Notes: generated by a model not told the origin, from the letters alone. A stretch of 64,000 nucleotides of DNA from Camelus dromedarius (GCF_036321535.1 NC_087437.1:41170001-41234000), one strand, 5' to 3'. Counted from the stretch's first letter, positions 12,091-27,445 are shown. Translations and numbers: made by a program.

Positions 12091-13597
12091 CTGAAAACAA
12101 GAGCTCGAGCACCTCACCGACTCTATATCCCTAAAGCAAAATACGTTTCCTTTCTAGAGAAGTCGGCCTTTAATGGCTGCGTGTCTGACACACTGCCTTA
12201 GATTCTTCCCTTTAAAATTCTGACTTCCTGGAGTGGCCCAAGACCACTATTAATAACCAGCAGTTGGAAAAACCAGCACTTTGGGACCCTGACGTATCTA
12301 TGTCTCTCCATGCCTGGGGCCTCCAGCGTGGGCTGCCCTCCCAGCTCCTTGGGTTCTGATTGACACCTCACCCCTCTCCACCCACTAACAACTGGAGATG
12401 AGCCTCCTTTTTGGTTCAGAACCTCCTGCTCTTGAGTCTAATCCGATCATACTATTTTCCTGAGTCCCCGAGGCTGGCTGTAAAGAAAAAACTCTTCCCT
12501 TGAACTTTCATGGAGGGTTGCTCCTCCTCCTCTCACCTCTGCCGATCTTACCTCTGTCCAGTCTTGACTCCTACACTGCTTACTGCTCCCCCTTTAGGAC
12601 CCTGCTCATACCTTGCCACATTACAGATAATAACTGCAGAGGCAAAGGCGAAGGGAAAGTCAAATGAAAGAAGAGCACCCTCTGTCCTGTGCTGTCCACC
12701 ACCTGGATCGTGAAGAACAGAGGAGAGAGGTGGCGAGGACAGAAGCGGGGACGAGCTTCACCACATACCTCCCACCCTGGTCCCTGGCCTTCCCCCGACC
12801 CTCCACTCCCCATGTGCTTCGTGCCCACCTGGCCTGGCCGGCCCCATCCTGACTCCTCGCTGTCAGCCCGCCAGCTGCCCCCTCCTGCTCCCACCAGGGA
12901 GCTGTCACCCCGTCTGTTCTCTGCAAACCCCGCCTCCTTCCCATTCTCAACCTTCCCTACCTCCAAATCCAACTAGTCATAAAACCTGCCCCAGACCACG
13001 TGTGTTTTCACCTCCGTCAGGATGCTGGTTAACGACTGTTGAGTCTCTATTCAAACAGCTTGGGCTCAGCCCCCAGACCTCAAGTTTGGAATCATGTCCT
13101 TTCTGACGATGCAGTGAAAGGACAATGCGGTATTAACAGCTAGAGCCATAAGAGGTTTTGAACTTACAAAATAAAGAAATACATTAAATAATCTTCCAGC
13201 TCAAAATGGGCTGTTCCGTACAGCAACCTCTTTTCCATCGCTGTGACTATCAGAAGAGTCATTCTGACTTCCAAATAACTCAATTAGAAGTGAACACAAA
13301 AAATTCAGAGCACAGAAACTTAAATGGCGAAGAATGCCAGGAATGAAAAATGTCAACTCAAAGTTTTTTTTTAAGGGTTGCCTGTCTTCTGTAGATTTTT
13401 AGTCTTTGAAACATGAATATTCATTTGAATTAAGAAAATCCTTTGTCATATTAAACCACTTCATAGTTTCACTCAACACGACTTTTTGTTGGGTGCCTGG
13501 GAAAGGTAATGTCTCTCGCAGTTCTTTCATGAAAGACTCCATCTTGGCAGTCTCGCTCCACTGATGCCCACAGGCTATGATCTCAGAGGCAGCCCTA

Positions 13598-13966
<369 letters not shown>

Positions 13967-16769
13967 CTAGAATGAAAAAAAAAAAGGTGGGGGGTGGGGA
14001 TAAATCCGATCAGCTACGTAGGGATCAACCAATCACGAGGTAGGTCTGGTTCTCTATCAGGTACAATGGGGTCCAAAGGCATCATTACCATTAATACACA
14101 GTTCAGGCACTGCACGGTAGTTACATACATGACAATGTTTAATAGTTTGTATGTAATATCACACAGACCAGTAGGCATGAAAGAAGAGGAAGACCCCAAT
14201 GGGTGTCATACCTGGAAGGTCTATTGGAATGAGGGAAATAGAGCTGAGCCTTAAAAAATTAGGAGAAAATCACTCTTGGGAAAGGATAGTTCAGGGAGGT
14301 AGGAAATCAGTGAAACACTAAAGCTGGGATTGAGTGTCCTATATGTCGGGGGACACTGAGGTGAGCTGTCTGAACAAGGCAGGAAACACAGGCTGGGAGA
14401 AGTAAAACCAGGGTTAGATAGGTAAGGGGGAGTACATTTTTGTAGAAATGAGCAAGATTCTTAGATGGTAAAAAGAACTTGATTAGGGAAATTTTCTAAC
14501 TGGAAATTTTGGGATCATTTTTGAACTTTGCTTTCCAACGAATAAAAACAGGATGTCTGAGTATGTTTGCTATCAAATCCATGGATTTGGAAACTTAACT
14601 TTAAGGGACTTAGTTTATACACAGAAGCAAATTTATCTTCTTCTAGAAAGGCGCCATTTCCTCAGAGACGAGCTCTGAAGGGACAGGGGAAAGCTGGTGA
14701 GAGACACCAGCGATTAGGGCACAAGTCCACAATGTGGTAGGAATTAATGGTGGACTTTAGCTCTGATTCACGAGTTGGGCATGCATGTTCTGGCTGAAAG
14801 TTCCAAGAATTTGTCACGCATCATAAATAATTAAGCTCTTGACTCTATAACATGCCTTTCTGAGGTGCTCCACTGTCAGCAAGGCACATCACTGGATGTC
14901 AACTCAGAGACCTTGGGAGAACCCTGGTCACCCTCCTAACTGTCCCCACCCTTCTCAGGAATGAAGCCATTTTGTGCTCTCTGTCGCCCTCCCATGGCGC
15001 ACTGGAGAGTTACAGGAGCGGGTCCCCAGAGAAGCTTTTCCAAGCGCCCCAGCAGGTCCTAATTGTGTCTTTGGGCCTGAAAGGTGTCCTCACCACACAG
15101 AACACAATGGTGAGCATGTTCTTCAAGATTCAGCTGTGAGAGGGCCCTGGTATATGCACCACTCTCCACTGCTGCCCAGGTCAATTCACTTTCTCACTTT
15201 ACTCCATGTTTTCAAAGCAGTACTGAATTATCAGTAGTTTTTTCCTCCTTAAATTTCTATGCTATGTTCAAGATTTGACATTATTTTACATGCCCGGGGT
15301 CGGCCTGGGACGAATCAGGATTGGCAACACAGTGGACTAGAAACAGTTCAGCAGGATGGACATTCTAAGCACCTCCCATTAAGTCCTTCAGCCAGAACCC
15401 CTGCCTCCTCCGCACTGGAAATTCCCCCCAAGGCTGGGATGTGCCTGAGTCATCTTCGTGTTGTGAGCACAACTCGTGTCTGACAAATGAATGCGTGCAT
15501 GAATGGTTATCAGATGAAAGTTCTAGATAAGAGCTGTAATGCGGCTACCTTTAAATCTGTGCTTGTGAGGACGGGGGGAGGGCTTGGAAAGAAGAACTAC
15601 TGAATACGCTTTCTTTCTGTCCATCACCTTAATCTGTGGAGGCACTACTGTGGTATTATCTAAGGAGGGAACTTGCAAAAAAAAAAATAAGGTCCTAAGG
15701 AATAAAGTGAATAAAGTTAACCTATAAACAAGCAGACACACTCCACACAGTACTCTACTAGGTAAAAAATCAGTACTAAAAAGATGAGAACAAAAACAAA
15801 TTAAGACAGGAAGCTATTAAATATTCACCAGGAATGCAAATAGCAGTTCTCTTTTTTCTGCTTGCCACGAGAAGGAAGAGATTGCTTTTTATAAAGTGCT
15901 GAACTATTCATTAGGGGATGATACATAAAAGAAATCACACCAAATTTAAAAATAATATCCAGACTTAATCGACTGTACATTCCATTCCCCAATACTGACA
16001 CCTAACAAAAGTCATAGACATCTTCAGGATGAGAGAGTGTTCAGGGAGTTGAATGGAACCGGCTATAGCACAGATTCCTTTTTTCCAGAGTCTCTCCTGG
16101 AGGGAAGAAACCTCAAGAGACATTCAAGAGAATATCTTTGGGCCCAAAGGATCCACAAAGCTGGCAGATCTATAAACCTGGCAGTCTCTCCCACGTCTCC
16201 TTCAAACGGTTCTGCTTGAAGAGAAAATAATGCTTCCTTAAAACAAATCTTCAAAGAAAGATTCATTGTCTCTTATTTAAGTTAGCTGACCAGGAATCGA
16301 TTTGCTTAATTACACATTTAATTAAAAGTAAAAACACTATATTGAGCACCACCTGACTCTTGGCCGAGAGGACTGAGGGACTTAAAGGACCTTTATGTAA
16401 CTTTATTGTTTCAATCTTGGCTGCCCATAATTTAGTTCTGTCTCTTACAGAAAAAAAAAAAAAAGCCCAAGATTTATATTACTAATTTCCCAAGGGTTGG
16501 CATGGAGAGATAAATGTTAGCGATTGGTGCTTACAGTCTGAGGCCCTAGATCTTCTCATATCGGTGTCACTGAACACTTAATCTTCCCAGATTTTTCCTG
16601 TTTACATATTAAATTGTGTTAGAGGAATTAAAAATGCCTGAAGGATTATTACATTAACCACTATAACCAGCTGGGCTAAAAGTTTTTGGTAATCTTCAGA
16701 CTCCCTAAATGCAAATGATCTTTAAAATTTTGCATTTGCCCAGAACTGCCCTTTTTTTTTTGTCTACTT

Positions 16770-16990
16770 CAGGGTCCATCATTTACTAATGGTGCAATTT
16801 TGGGCAGATTACTTAATTTCTCTGTGCCTCAGTTTCCCTGGCTGCAAATTGGGATATTGTTAACACTTAGCTCAAAAGACTGCTGCGATCTTTAAATGAG
16901 TTAACTCATGTGACATCCTTAGAACCATGCCTGTTACATCATAAATGCTGTATGTGTGTTGCTATTATTGTTATTATTCTTCTTATTACT
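16770..16990 (+). mobile_element. MIR SINE
   Basis: ttgggcagattacttaatttctctgtgcctcagtttcc. Confidence 0.75.
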
Positions 16991-19900
16991 GCCATGACAA
17001 TGTCCCAGCAGATCCTGACCATCACCAGGCTAACAGAACAGGAGGATCTGCCTTGAGGGCCAGGAGTAGAAATTTGAAGGTGTTTTTCCTCACTTGTGTT
17101 GAATCCAATAGCATAGAGTTCTTTAAAGGAATTATTCCACATACATTAGGAATAAATGCATTAGCAGGAAGTGTCAACAGGACCATTATCTCTGAGGACA
17201 CTGCCAAAAAATGTTAAGTTTAAAAGTTTGTGTGGCAATTTTTGCTTTATTTTAAGTCCAAAGTCACACGACTGCTGGTAAATTCAGCCTATTTAAAGTA
17301 TTTTTCTGATACTTCCTTTCTATTATCATTATTTTATTTAGAGCAGCACAAAGAACATTCATTTCCAAAACTAAAGTGCCTGATAGCCCAGCAAGAAGCA
17401 GAACTGGTGTTTCATAAAACAACAGAAGTGCTTGTAAGCTCCGGAGTAAAAGCAGAAGGCTTAGGGGTTCCAGACTGGCATGAGCCTGGGACACAGGATA
17501 AGCCAGGCAACCTCACCAGCCCCCAATCCTCCTCTGGAGCATGAGTGGTTTGGACCAGGAATCTTACACCTTTTTCCAGCGATAGGCAGTTAGGATTTTT
17601 CTCATGAGCTCAATCAAATGCTGCTTTGCCTTTGTGGGCTCTTCATATTTGAAGGGCATGTGGAAAGGACAAGGCTGACCATCTTTTGCAGGAACCAAGT
17701 CATCCCTGTCTTTCTCCAGAGACGCCTGGAGGGAAGCCACAGCATGGAGTACAGATGTGAGGGTGGGGAGCCAGGGTGAAGACCATGGGAAGAGAAGCGA
17801 GAGGCGATCTTTGGGAGGAGATGGTCCCCCGTGTGGGTTGAATCCGACTACACATAGAACAGGAGGAAGGGCAGGAGGAGAACATGGGAATTTGGTGACA
17901 TGGAGACAGAGGTGAGAGCATCCTTGTTCTCCTCTGACTTCACTGAGGTCCTAACCCTCCTGGAGACCTGAATGTCAGATGTCTGAGCATTGAATGGAGC
18001 CCTGACCACGCGACTTCCTTAGCTTCCAGAGGCTTCTTCGCGGTGGGGGAGGAAGGGCCAGATTCCTGCTCCCAGGGGTGCTTTCCTCTCCTCCCACAGG
18101 GAAAGGGACAAGGAGCAGTGCTACCGTCTTTCTTTCCCTAATATTACGGCTCAAGGGAAAAAGTGCTCACACTCAGGGGCTGGTATAGCTCTTTCTCTAC
18201 CACTTTAACCTTGAACTTTAAGAGGCCAGATGGTGCAGCAGAAAGTATGTGGGCTGTGATCTCGGGAAACGAAGGCTGTGCAAGGAGAGTAACCCACCTA
18301 AGCCTCAGTCTCTCTCCATAAAGTGAGGCCTTGGTTACGGTTACGGAGAAAACGGTTACCATGCGATAATACGAAATCATGTGCGTGAAACTTCTGAAAA
18401 CTGTAAAGCACTGCAGAATTGAAAGAATCTTTCATTCAATAAAAAAAAAGAGTAAATGTATAACTTACATAGGTATCTTACATTTGTATCTATCATAAAT
18501 ACACACACATATAAGTTGCTGAGTCTACAATATACATATGCTTTGTATGTCGTAGATTCAGTCCTGCTTCTAGGAAATGACCCTCAGCAGAATGCTTATA
18601 ACGAAGAGTTCACTGCTGTCTCTGCCACAAGGGCGCCCCCCCGTGGTCATATGTTGGCATATACACCAGAAGCAGTGCACGTCATCTGAGAACTCATTTA
18701 GGTCGAGAGTAGCTGGATATAAAAGAACATTTTGGAGTTTTGTTTCTTTTGGTGGGGGAGGAGGGGAAAAAAGGAAAAGAAAAATAGAAATATTCTACTT
18801 CCTCCCAAACCCTAACCTATTTTAAATCACTTTGAACCTGGTCTGAAGTGCCTAAACATTTCCTCTTAAAAACTGGAGTTCAGTTGCAGAAAATGAGGGT
18901 CTCAACAAGCGTCCGGTGGCGGGGGGGCTGCACAGCCACCTTTGTAATGGCTGGATTCGGAGTCAGAAAGGGCACTTTACCGGGGCTTTTGTCCACCCCC
19001 TCACCCCGCCTTGCTCTCAAACAGCGAGGTCCTCTTCCTTTCCTCTGCCTGCCAGTGTGGGGCCCGTGCTCCTAACTGCATCCTTCGTAGCCAGGCAAGG
19101 GTGTGCAAGGGGGCTGGGTGAGATGCAGGCGGCCCCGCCTCCTCACTGTTCCTGGACTGGTCCAGCTCCCTGTGGCATTATCAAAATTAGTTCTCATTGC
19201 CAAAGGTTTGAAGCAGGAAAGTCAGCCTGTATTTCCCCAAGTCTGTATTTCTCAAACAAGGTCAGTGCAGACTTGCTTCTTGGGAGCAGGGTGGACGAAA
19301 GCAGAAACTGTAGCACAAGGGCTGGTCAGTCACTCTTCTGAGGGCCCAGAATTGTCACACAAAGGGCGGTGCAGAGCAGGGTAAGAGGAAAGGAGGGCAA
19401 GCGTGGTGACCAACAGACTCCAGCTTCCGGGCTGGGGAGAGGCGGTGACCTGGACAGACGAACAAACGCTCACCCTCCAAGGGAGCAGGAGCCACTCAGC
19501 GGGGCAGAATCTCCGCACCTTTGTAAAAAAAGGTCAGAAATCTCCAAGTAATGCTCAATTGCCAGATTTTTTTAAGTCGAAAATTAACATAAATATTTCC
19601 GAAATGTGGTGTGTGGCCCCACTGTGCAGGGCAAACAACACAGGTGTGGATGGTCAGTTTGTCCTCCGTGGAATAGCTTAGAACACCTGTCCAGCGGCAG
19701 TGAAGGCAGAGAAGGGAGGGAGGGAACAGGGCAGGTGAAGACCCTGGACACAGCAGGCCCCCCTGCCCCGGGAGACCTTGGCCTGAAGGACAAGCAGAAA
19801 GCTATCGGAGGGCTCTGCAGTGCCACTGACGCTTCCAGGGGACAGAACCGAGCCAGCTCCTCCCCAGGAGTCTGTTCCAGAAAGAAGGAATGAAGCAGGG

Positions 19901-21151
19901 CTTCTGGGCGCCTGTGGATCACGTGCTGTGTGGTACCCAATGGAAGGCTGTTGCTGGGGAGAGCGCGGTCGTCTCACACCACGGTGACCCACCGGAGAGA
20001 GGAGGGGGGATGCTCTGCCTCCTGGTTACCAATAGCAACCCTCACTCTCCCCCATGCAGCCCTCAGCAAAGAACTCTAAGGCTGTCGTCTCTCCTGGCTG
20101 TTCCCTTTCCCTCTCTCTGTGCTGCACATCTTTCTCTTGTTCTGCTGGGGTTGCTACATCGTTCCTGGCCAACAGTATTAATTAAGATTGCTCTCTGTAT
20201 AGTGGAGGGCCTTGTCAAGGGCCTGATCACGAAGTGGTATGAAAAGGGGCAGGAGGGTCTTGTGCCTGCGTGCTCAGACTGCCTAGAATATGTCTCAAGA
20301 AAAGACAGGAGGTCATAAGTGGTCCAAAAATTGGTGCCAGGGCAAAGGGAATCACATTCGAGAATGTATCAGGCAGGATACATCATATCCAAAGGGGGAA
20401 GGGAAGGAGCAATTAATTTTCGTTACAAAATGATAAGATAGAAACATTCTGACGTAAGTGCACAAAAAGTCAAAAGTCCAACTTCTGACCTAACCTGAAG
20501 AACTCTGTTCCCAAACTCCAATCAATCCTACACTAGTCACACAATTTTTACCACATCCTTACACCACCCATACAAGTATTTACTTGGCATTTTTCTTTAA
20601 ATTAAGTCACTTTTTACATGAATTTGTTTATTAAATGGAAAGGTTATATTACTGCCCAAAATAAGAAGCCACCGTCACCTGCCATAAAGTGAAATCAACA
20701 GTAAAAACAAAAATTATAAATGTTCATGCACAGAGCAGTGAAATCATCTTGCATAATACCAGGTGTGCATACACATTTAGGGAATTATTGTCTTAAGACA
20801 CAGAAGGAAAGCCAGCTAGTCTAACGGGCTGATTCCCTAAACTATCACCCTTTCTGATGAAATGGTCTGCACTGCCAAGTTACTACTTGGAGTGAGAAAT
20901 CCAAGCGTTTCCATGTCACTGCTTGGGTTCTGCTACCCATTTTAGCTAATGCTCCTTACCTTGAAGGTGTGATGATAAAGACTTACTGTGCAAACAGTAG
21001 GTACTTAATGTGTACTTTGAGACGAATGACAGCATATGGAAAATCACTCACCAAGTCTTGGTACCTATTAGTCTAACCCTGTCAGCAGGACCTAAGGATC
21101 TGAGCCATCCAAAAGAGAAAGCCTTGCCCTTAGCTCTGAAGACCAGACTCA

Positions 21152-21361
<210 letters not shown>

Positions 21362-22257
21362 TCATGAAGCTTCTGTTTCGTGACCATTTAAATAAGCTGA
21401 TTACAGGAGTCTCCGAAAATCCAACATGTTTCAACTAGAAATTGTTAACATGTCTACTTTCATTTCATTTTCAAGGAAAACAAGTTAAAGGCTCAACAAC
21501 CTTTGCATTTCTATATATAAACATCTAAGACTCACTGTAAACAACATCAAGATAACAACTACTATGGAGATGTACTTTTAATTAGTAAAATCTCAAGTCA
21601 GAAAATAAAAGATATTTTATAATCCATGGTCTATCTCTTATATATTGAAAACTCATCCAAATGCAAAGTTATCTACATGGTTTTTTAGAGTCTAAAACAC
21701 TAGACCAGAAGGACATTCTCTCTGTATTTCCAAACACCTTGAATGGTTTTTCAGGCTTTTCATGATGGATTTTGGGGTTTTGTTTTGTTCAATGGCCCCA
21801 GGAAGACTGGAGGATTAAGGCCAAGAAAATCGGGCAGAAGAGTTACAAAAATATCTCAACTTGCAATATGATATTATCATTTATAGTGAAAATACTCATG
21901 CATTCTTATTTTAATAAAAATATTTCCCTAGTCTGCTTTTCAAACATCTGGGAGTATCTTTTCCTTTGTGCCTAGAATAAGAATATATTCTCCTGAAAAG
22001 CTAAAGGACTCGGTAGGTAGAAGTCTGTTTACTCCACTACTCATGAGGAATGATAATATGGCTTTAAGACTGCCATGTATTGTTTTTCCGCTTCATAAAT
22101 GCCAATTAGAATTGCGGATGAGGGGAACTGTGTTGACAAACATTCCAAGTCAGTCATGCTGCAGATGAATTCTGTGAGTGAGAAATAAAAAGGTTATGAT
22201 GACTTAAGGCTAAAAAGTCATGAGCACTAGGACCTATCATGCAAATAAGGGGCCTCT

Positions 22258-22640
22258 TTTGTTCAGGGTCCTCTGAAAAGCAGACCCCAAGCTGTTATTA
22301 AACATGATAAGATATTACTGGGGGAAATTCCTGCCTGAAAAGAAACAGAGAGGGAGCCAAAGGAGGCTGGGAGAGTTGTCAGATTGCCACACAAGTCATG
22401 GGAGTAAAGGTGAGAGGGAGAGAAAGTAGGTGGCAGTGTGCAAGACTGTCCTGTCAGGAAGCCAAGAGGGACACGAAAGAATGAAAGCTGCCTTTAAAGA
22501 AATCCTGCATCTTCCAGGAAAGGGTCCCTGCCACTCTCGGTCCCTACTGGAGGGTGGCCCTTGGGAGGTGCAGCCTCCATGCCATCACGGCAGACGCCCC
22601 TGGTCAGTTGCACCTCCTGCGTGGGGTCCCTGAGGCATGT
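22258..22640 (-). mobile_element. Old ERVL/MaLR-type solo LTR remnant
   Basis: tgttcagggtcctctgaaaagcagaccccaag...tactgggggaaattcctg resembles a reversed ERVL LTR end. Family and ends uncertain. Confidence 0.45.
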
Positions 22641-23205
22641 GCGGGTGGCTACCTCGGGGCTGGTAGAGGCACCCTCCAGGGCCAGTACTTCAGATCTCAA
22701 GGAATTGGAGAGGTTCTGCAGGTAGCCAGAGCCTGGGCCACTCTGCCTCAAATAAGCAGGGAAAAATCTACAAATCTAAACATCAGTATTTTAATAGGAG
22801 TGAGAGCAAGTGGGTACAAGTGTTCACGTAACCTGTGCCCTGAAAATTGACTTTCAGTTTTCCTTACGTTGGCATTTATAGTCTTTGTGGTTTGGTCCCA
22901 GTTTTATGCTCGACAAAGAATAGTTCAGGAATAAACTACCCACTGGGTCTGTAAACAAACAAGACTCCTCAAAGTGTGCTTCCCTTCTCTTCCCTGTTTC
23001 CACTCATGAATACAAGAGCCTCACACCACTCTGAAATGAATGGATTCCCGGTTGATTTCAGACGACTATGCTCTCTAAATACGCCAGCTCGGATCCACGC
23101 AGGGCTCGGTGTAGCAGAAGGAAAGCCACTGCAGCTCCTGGCAAGGAAGCTTCGGTGCCCGCAGAGCAGACCAGCCACAGATCTCACCCTGAGGAAGGTA
23201 CTTAC

Positions 23206-23260
23206 GGGGAGCACCTTCTGCCATCTCAATAGCGGTGATTCCCAAAGACCACAAGTCACT
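23206..23260 (-). CDS. TNIK: TNIK coding exon 8 (55 nt): SDLWSLGITAIEMAEGAP(P)
   Basis: Kinase subdomain IX. Acceptor ttttttcag-type pyrimidine tract, donor gtaagt. Confidence 0.96.
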
Positions 23261-23535
23261 CTGAAAAAGAAGGAAGGCACGACATATGTGTAAATGCAGT
23301 CAACAAAGGAGAACTTGGCTAAGCCTGGCAACTGCTTCAGAACTGCCTGTGGGAAAGCCATCAAGCCGTCTCTTTACAAACCTGTTTTGCCCACCAAGTT
23401 TGAAAGTGGGAACAGCCTCATTCACTTTTCATTGATAATACCTTTCATGGTGCTAGACGCATGGTGAGTTTTCAATAAATGTATGAAAAATGAATATAAG
23501 GTTTTAAAAATTATTTTACCACTAAAATTCCTCTA

Positions 23536-24376
23536 TTGATTGAACCACATGAAACTGCTGCTATTCAACTCCTTTTAACACCATCACTGAGGTATAGTTG
23601 TCATATAATTAGCTGCGCGTATTTAAAGTGTGCCATTTGAAAGGGTTTGATGTGTGTGCGCACCTGTGAAACCTTCACCACAATCAAGACAGCAAACACA
23701 TCCATCACCCCAAAAGGTCCCACTTGCCTCCTTTTAAAAATTTAAGAAAATATATTTACTTATTTATTTTAATTTGGGGGGAGGTGACTGGGTTTACTTA
23801 CTTATTTATTTTCAGAGGAGGTACCAGGGACTGAACCCAGGACCCTGTGTATGCTAAGCATGCGCTCTACCACTTGAGTTACACCCTACCCCCGACTTGA
23901 CCCTTTGTAGTCTCTCCTTCCTGGCTGTCCTGTCCCCAACCCCAGTTCCTGTTCCAAGGCAATCACTGATCTCTTTCTGTCCCTACGGACTAGTTTGCAT
24001 CTTCTAAGTTGTATATAACATGAAATTCTCTGGATTCTTTCACTTAGCATAATGTATATAAGGTCCATCCACTTTGCAGCATTGCAGCGTGTTACTGGTA
24101 CTTCAGTCCACTCACTGCCGAGCAGTGTTCCATCGTATGGATACACTACAATTTGTTTAAGCATTCTCTGGTTGATGGACATTTGGGTTGTTTTCAGGCA
24201 AGGCTATTGAAAAGAAAGCTGCTACACATACTTATGTACAAGTTTCTGTATGGATGTATGCTTTCATTTAAGTAAATACCTAGGAGAAGAATGGCTGGAT
24301 CATACAATTGGTGTGTATTTATAGTCAATTGTTTTTAACCTACAAAAACAGCAATTTTGTATCATTTAATCAAATA
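23536..24376. mobile_element. MADE2-like mariner MITE split by an L1 fragment (about 23577-24320, minus) that is itself split by a SINE
   Basis: Left half ttgattgaaccacatgaaactgctgctattcaac; right half gtttttaacctacaaaaacagcaattttgtatcatttaatcaaa; TA on both flanks; L1M 3' UTR in between. Confidence 0.7.
23735..23893 (-). mobile_element. tRNA-Ala-derived Vic-1-like SINE, long form
   Basis: gggactgaacccaggaccctgtgtatgctaagcatgcgctctaccac; degenerate TSD acttgcctccttt / acttgacccttt. Confidence 0.88.
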
Positions 24377-25959
24377 AGATGAGGACAGCGAAGCTTTTGG
24401 ATGGTGGTATTCACTGATGTATCAGTGCTTAGAACAGAACCAGACACAGTTGTAGGTACTCGATATAGTTGCTGAATGAACGAACAGTATCTTTTATCTT
24501 CTAAGTAGACTAATATGTAAAACAGAAATCCTATACCCTTATATTATGGTCTTTCTTCATCCCATTCTGACTTTTATTCTTCCCAGAATTTTCTGGGCTA
24601 ATGCTTCCACCTTTACCTGTACAACCTCCATCTCTAACAACATGCCTCTCCCCTACTCTGTGTCTATGGCTCAGTCGTTTCTAAATATTGCGTAGGAGGA
24701 AAGCAAATCAAGAGATGGGAAATCCCCAAAAGATACTGCTGCTTCAGCTTCCCAGAACGTTGGTAAGAAAACACATGTAAAATTTGGTTCAATGGCCCAC
24801 AGTCCTGATGAAGACTCACCTGCCTTTCATTTTAAATATAACCTGAGTTTTGGACATAATTCCAAATTCTCACCTGTAACCTCACTCAGATTTCAGACAT
24901 CAAAGTTAAGTTTCCCTGCTATTCCCATCAAACAAATATCGTGGCCACACAGAAAGGAGAAGTAACTAGAAAAGAACTATGAAATCTACCCTGAGCCATT
25001 CCCTAGAACTAAACTCAGTATCCTGTGCGTGACACCCACACGTGTTCAGTATTTGGACCAAGGCCCATACAACTTTCTAGGGGATCTAGACTCTTGCCTA
25101 AAGTGCAGTCTACCTTAGAGCAGCTGGTGGGGGCACCCGCCAACCCCACACTAGGACCAAGGGAGGATTCTTTCATTCATGAGCCCATTGACCTGTCCAC
25201 ATAAATGTTACAAGTTCTCAGTCCAACTGGATATAACAATGCACCTGCAAGACACTGCCGTCCACAGATTCCAAGTAATCTCTCTGCATGGACGCAATTC
25301 AAGAAAGCAACTACCATCCTTCCTTGTTCTAGTTGAAGGTGTATTCTAAGCTGTCATTGAACACACACACACAGACACACATACAGTTTACACAGCTCAG
25401 CAAGTGGCTGAGTTTTCCTGCAGGCTCCTGGCCTTGCTTACTGAGGTTCCTTCTGGAGCGAATGGGGAAAGTCCAGTCCACCCATCACTGGTTGGCTCAG
25501 GAGCAGTAACTGGTAAAGATGAAAATGCAGCTCTCTTGTACCTGGAATTTTATGGTTGATTGACACAGACAGTAATTGGGGAATATGATGAAAACACTGA
25601 GTCACTGAACAGGAAACACAGACTGTTCTCACTGTGCAGGAAGCATTCAATAGGAAACACAGTAGAACAGTCTGGAAGTGGTGGATTGTGCTGTTCTGAT
25701 AACACCCCAGGCCTTGGTAGTTCTCCCACCGTCTTCCCAACCTCTCTAGGAATGGAGTGTCTCTGCAGTGTGAACCAAGTGCAAATATGAAAGCGGTGGC
25801 CGGGATCTACGCCCTGCCACAGCAGGCTCAAACTTAAAGCCTTCAAGTCTAGGAAGCTTGAACTGGTTTGAAAGTCAACACATCTGAAAGGAAATGATGG
25901 AACTGGTATGAGAAAAGCTCCAGGCCAGTCCTCAGAGCAGGGAAGGAAATGCTCAGAAA

Positions 25960-26365
25960 ACTCAGGCAAACTTCTGCCTTTGGGTCTTTGCTGCAGCTCC
26001 TCCCGGTCTGCAGTCCTCGCCCCAATTACGTGCCAGCTGCTCCTCTGTAAAGTCTCTACTCAAGTGCCATGTCCTCGGTGAGGACCACTGACCCTCTCTC
26101 CCAGCACTGCCAGTCCCCCTTCCCCTTTCCCACTTTTGGTCCCTAGAGAACTGATCATCTTCTAATAACTGTAATCTACTCATCGCTACTTTATTATGTT
26201 TTTCACTCATTGTTTGTGTTCCCTGTGCCCGACACACACACACACTAGAACACAAGGTCCCCAAGGGCAAGGATCTTTGTTTTGTTGACTTGTACATAGC
26301 ACCAGAACAGTGCCTGGCACATAGTAGGCACTTAGTAAATATTTGTTAAATGAATGAACAAATGA
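25960..26365 (+). mobile_element. L2 LINE 3' end
   Basis: agaacagtgcctggcacatagtaggcacttagtaaatatttgttaaatgaatgaa. Confidence 0.8.
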
Positions 26366-26993
26366 AAGATGGTAAGAGAAAAGAGCAAAACCTAAGTGAC
26401 CTAAGGCTGTGAGACCTTTCATAGATCACCTAGTCAAACCTTTCATTTCACAGATGAAAGAAAACAAATGACTCACCCAAGATCATAAAGCAACTCAGCA
26501 TCAGGTTTTACTCAGGGCTGGGTCTCCTGCCCAGACTTGTTCTTTATTAACCGTCATCACAGCGTAACAGACTGGAGAATTCACCTTTTAAATAAAACTT
26601 GTTAGGGGCCCATAAAATAATTGCTTCAGACTTCTACATTGTCTGCAGGCAACTTAAGATGCTGGCAATTCAAATGAAGGTGCTGAGATTCAGCGAGCCA
26701 CACCTAAAACCAGTGCTCAACTTCTGAGAGGCAGCATGAGTAGCCTTTTAAGTCAGACAGACCTGGATTCAAATCCAGGTTCCTAATTTAATTGCACATA
26801 GAATCTGCTCGGAGCCTATGTTTCCGTTCCACAGCGGAGGCGACTGTGACACGTACCTATGCAGGTATGCTGCCCAGCACAAACCTGGCACATGGTGGGC
26901 TCAGGAATATGACTAATTTCCTTGTCCTCTTCTGTTAGGTAAGACTGCCTTTGCCTGCCGAGTTCAGTCTTCTCTGATTTTCCTCTATTTGGT

Positions 26994-27445
26994 TGTGGCG
27001 GGTACTGTTTGTTGGCTAACCCAACAGGCATTTCAACCCCTGTTTCCCTTGCTGCCTCCATTTCAGAGTATAGGAAAGCTAAACTTGTTTGTCCAGATTT
27101 CCCTGCAGCTAAGGATGGCAGGTAAGGCTATGACATAGTTCTGGCCAATGAAACCCAGGCAAACATCTTCTGGGAGCTTCTGGGAAAGCTTTTGCTTTTC
27201 CTGAACTAAGTGACAAATACAGCCAGTGTCTTGACAAGTCTTCCCCACTTCTTAGTGCCTTGAATAAAAGCATGCTCTTTGGAGCTACACATCCATCTTG
27301 CAACCATGAGGCAATAAGTCAACAAATTAATGAGGAGAGGGCAGAAAGGCAGGAGACTGGGTATTAATGAGCCACCACACTAACCCTAGACTGTCTGCCT
27401 CCAAACTTTTGGTGACAGAAGAAATGTAAGTACAGCCAAAAGCAC
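26994..27445. mobile_element. Old ERVL/MaLR solo LTR
   Basis: Starts tgtggcgggtactgtttgttggctaacccaaca; internal ttctggccaatga...cttctgggaaagcttttgcttttcctga and ccatcttgcaaccatgagg. Confidence 0.65.

Noticed and set aside
18848..20318. Cluster of overlapping 75-142 aa ORFs in intron 9
   Set aside because: Occur in several frames on both strands in moderately GC-rich sequence, with no recognisable homology or splice support.
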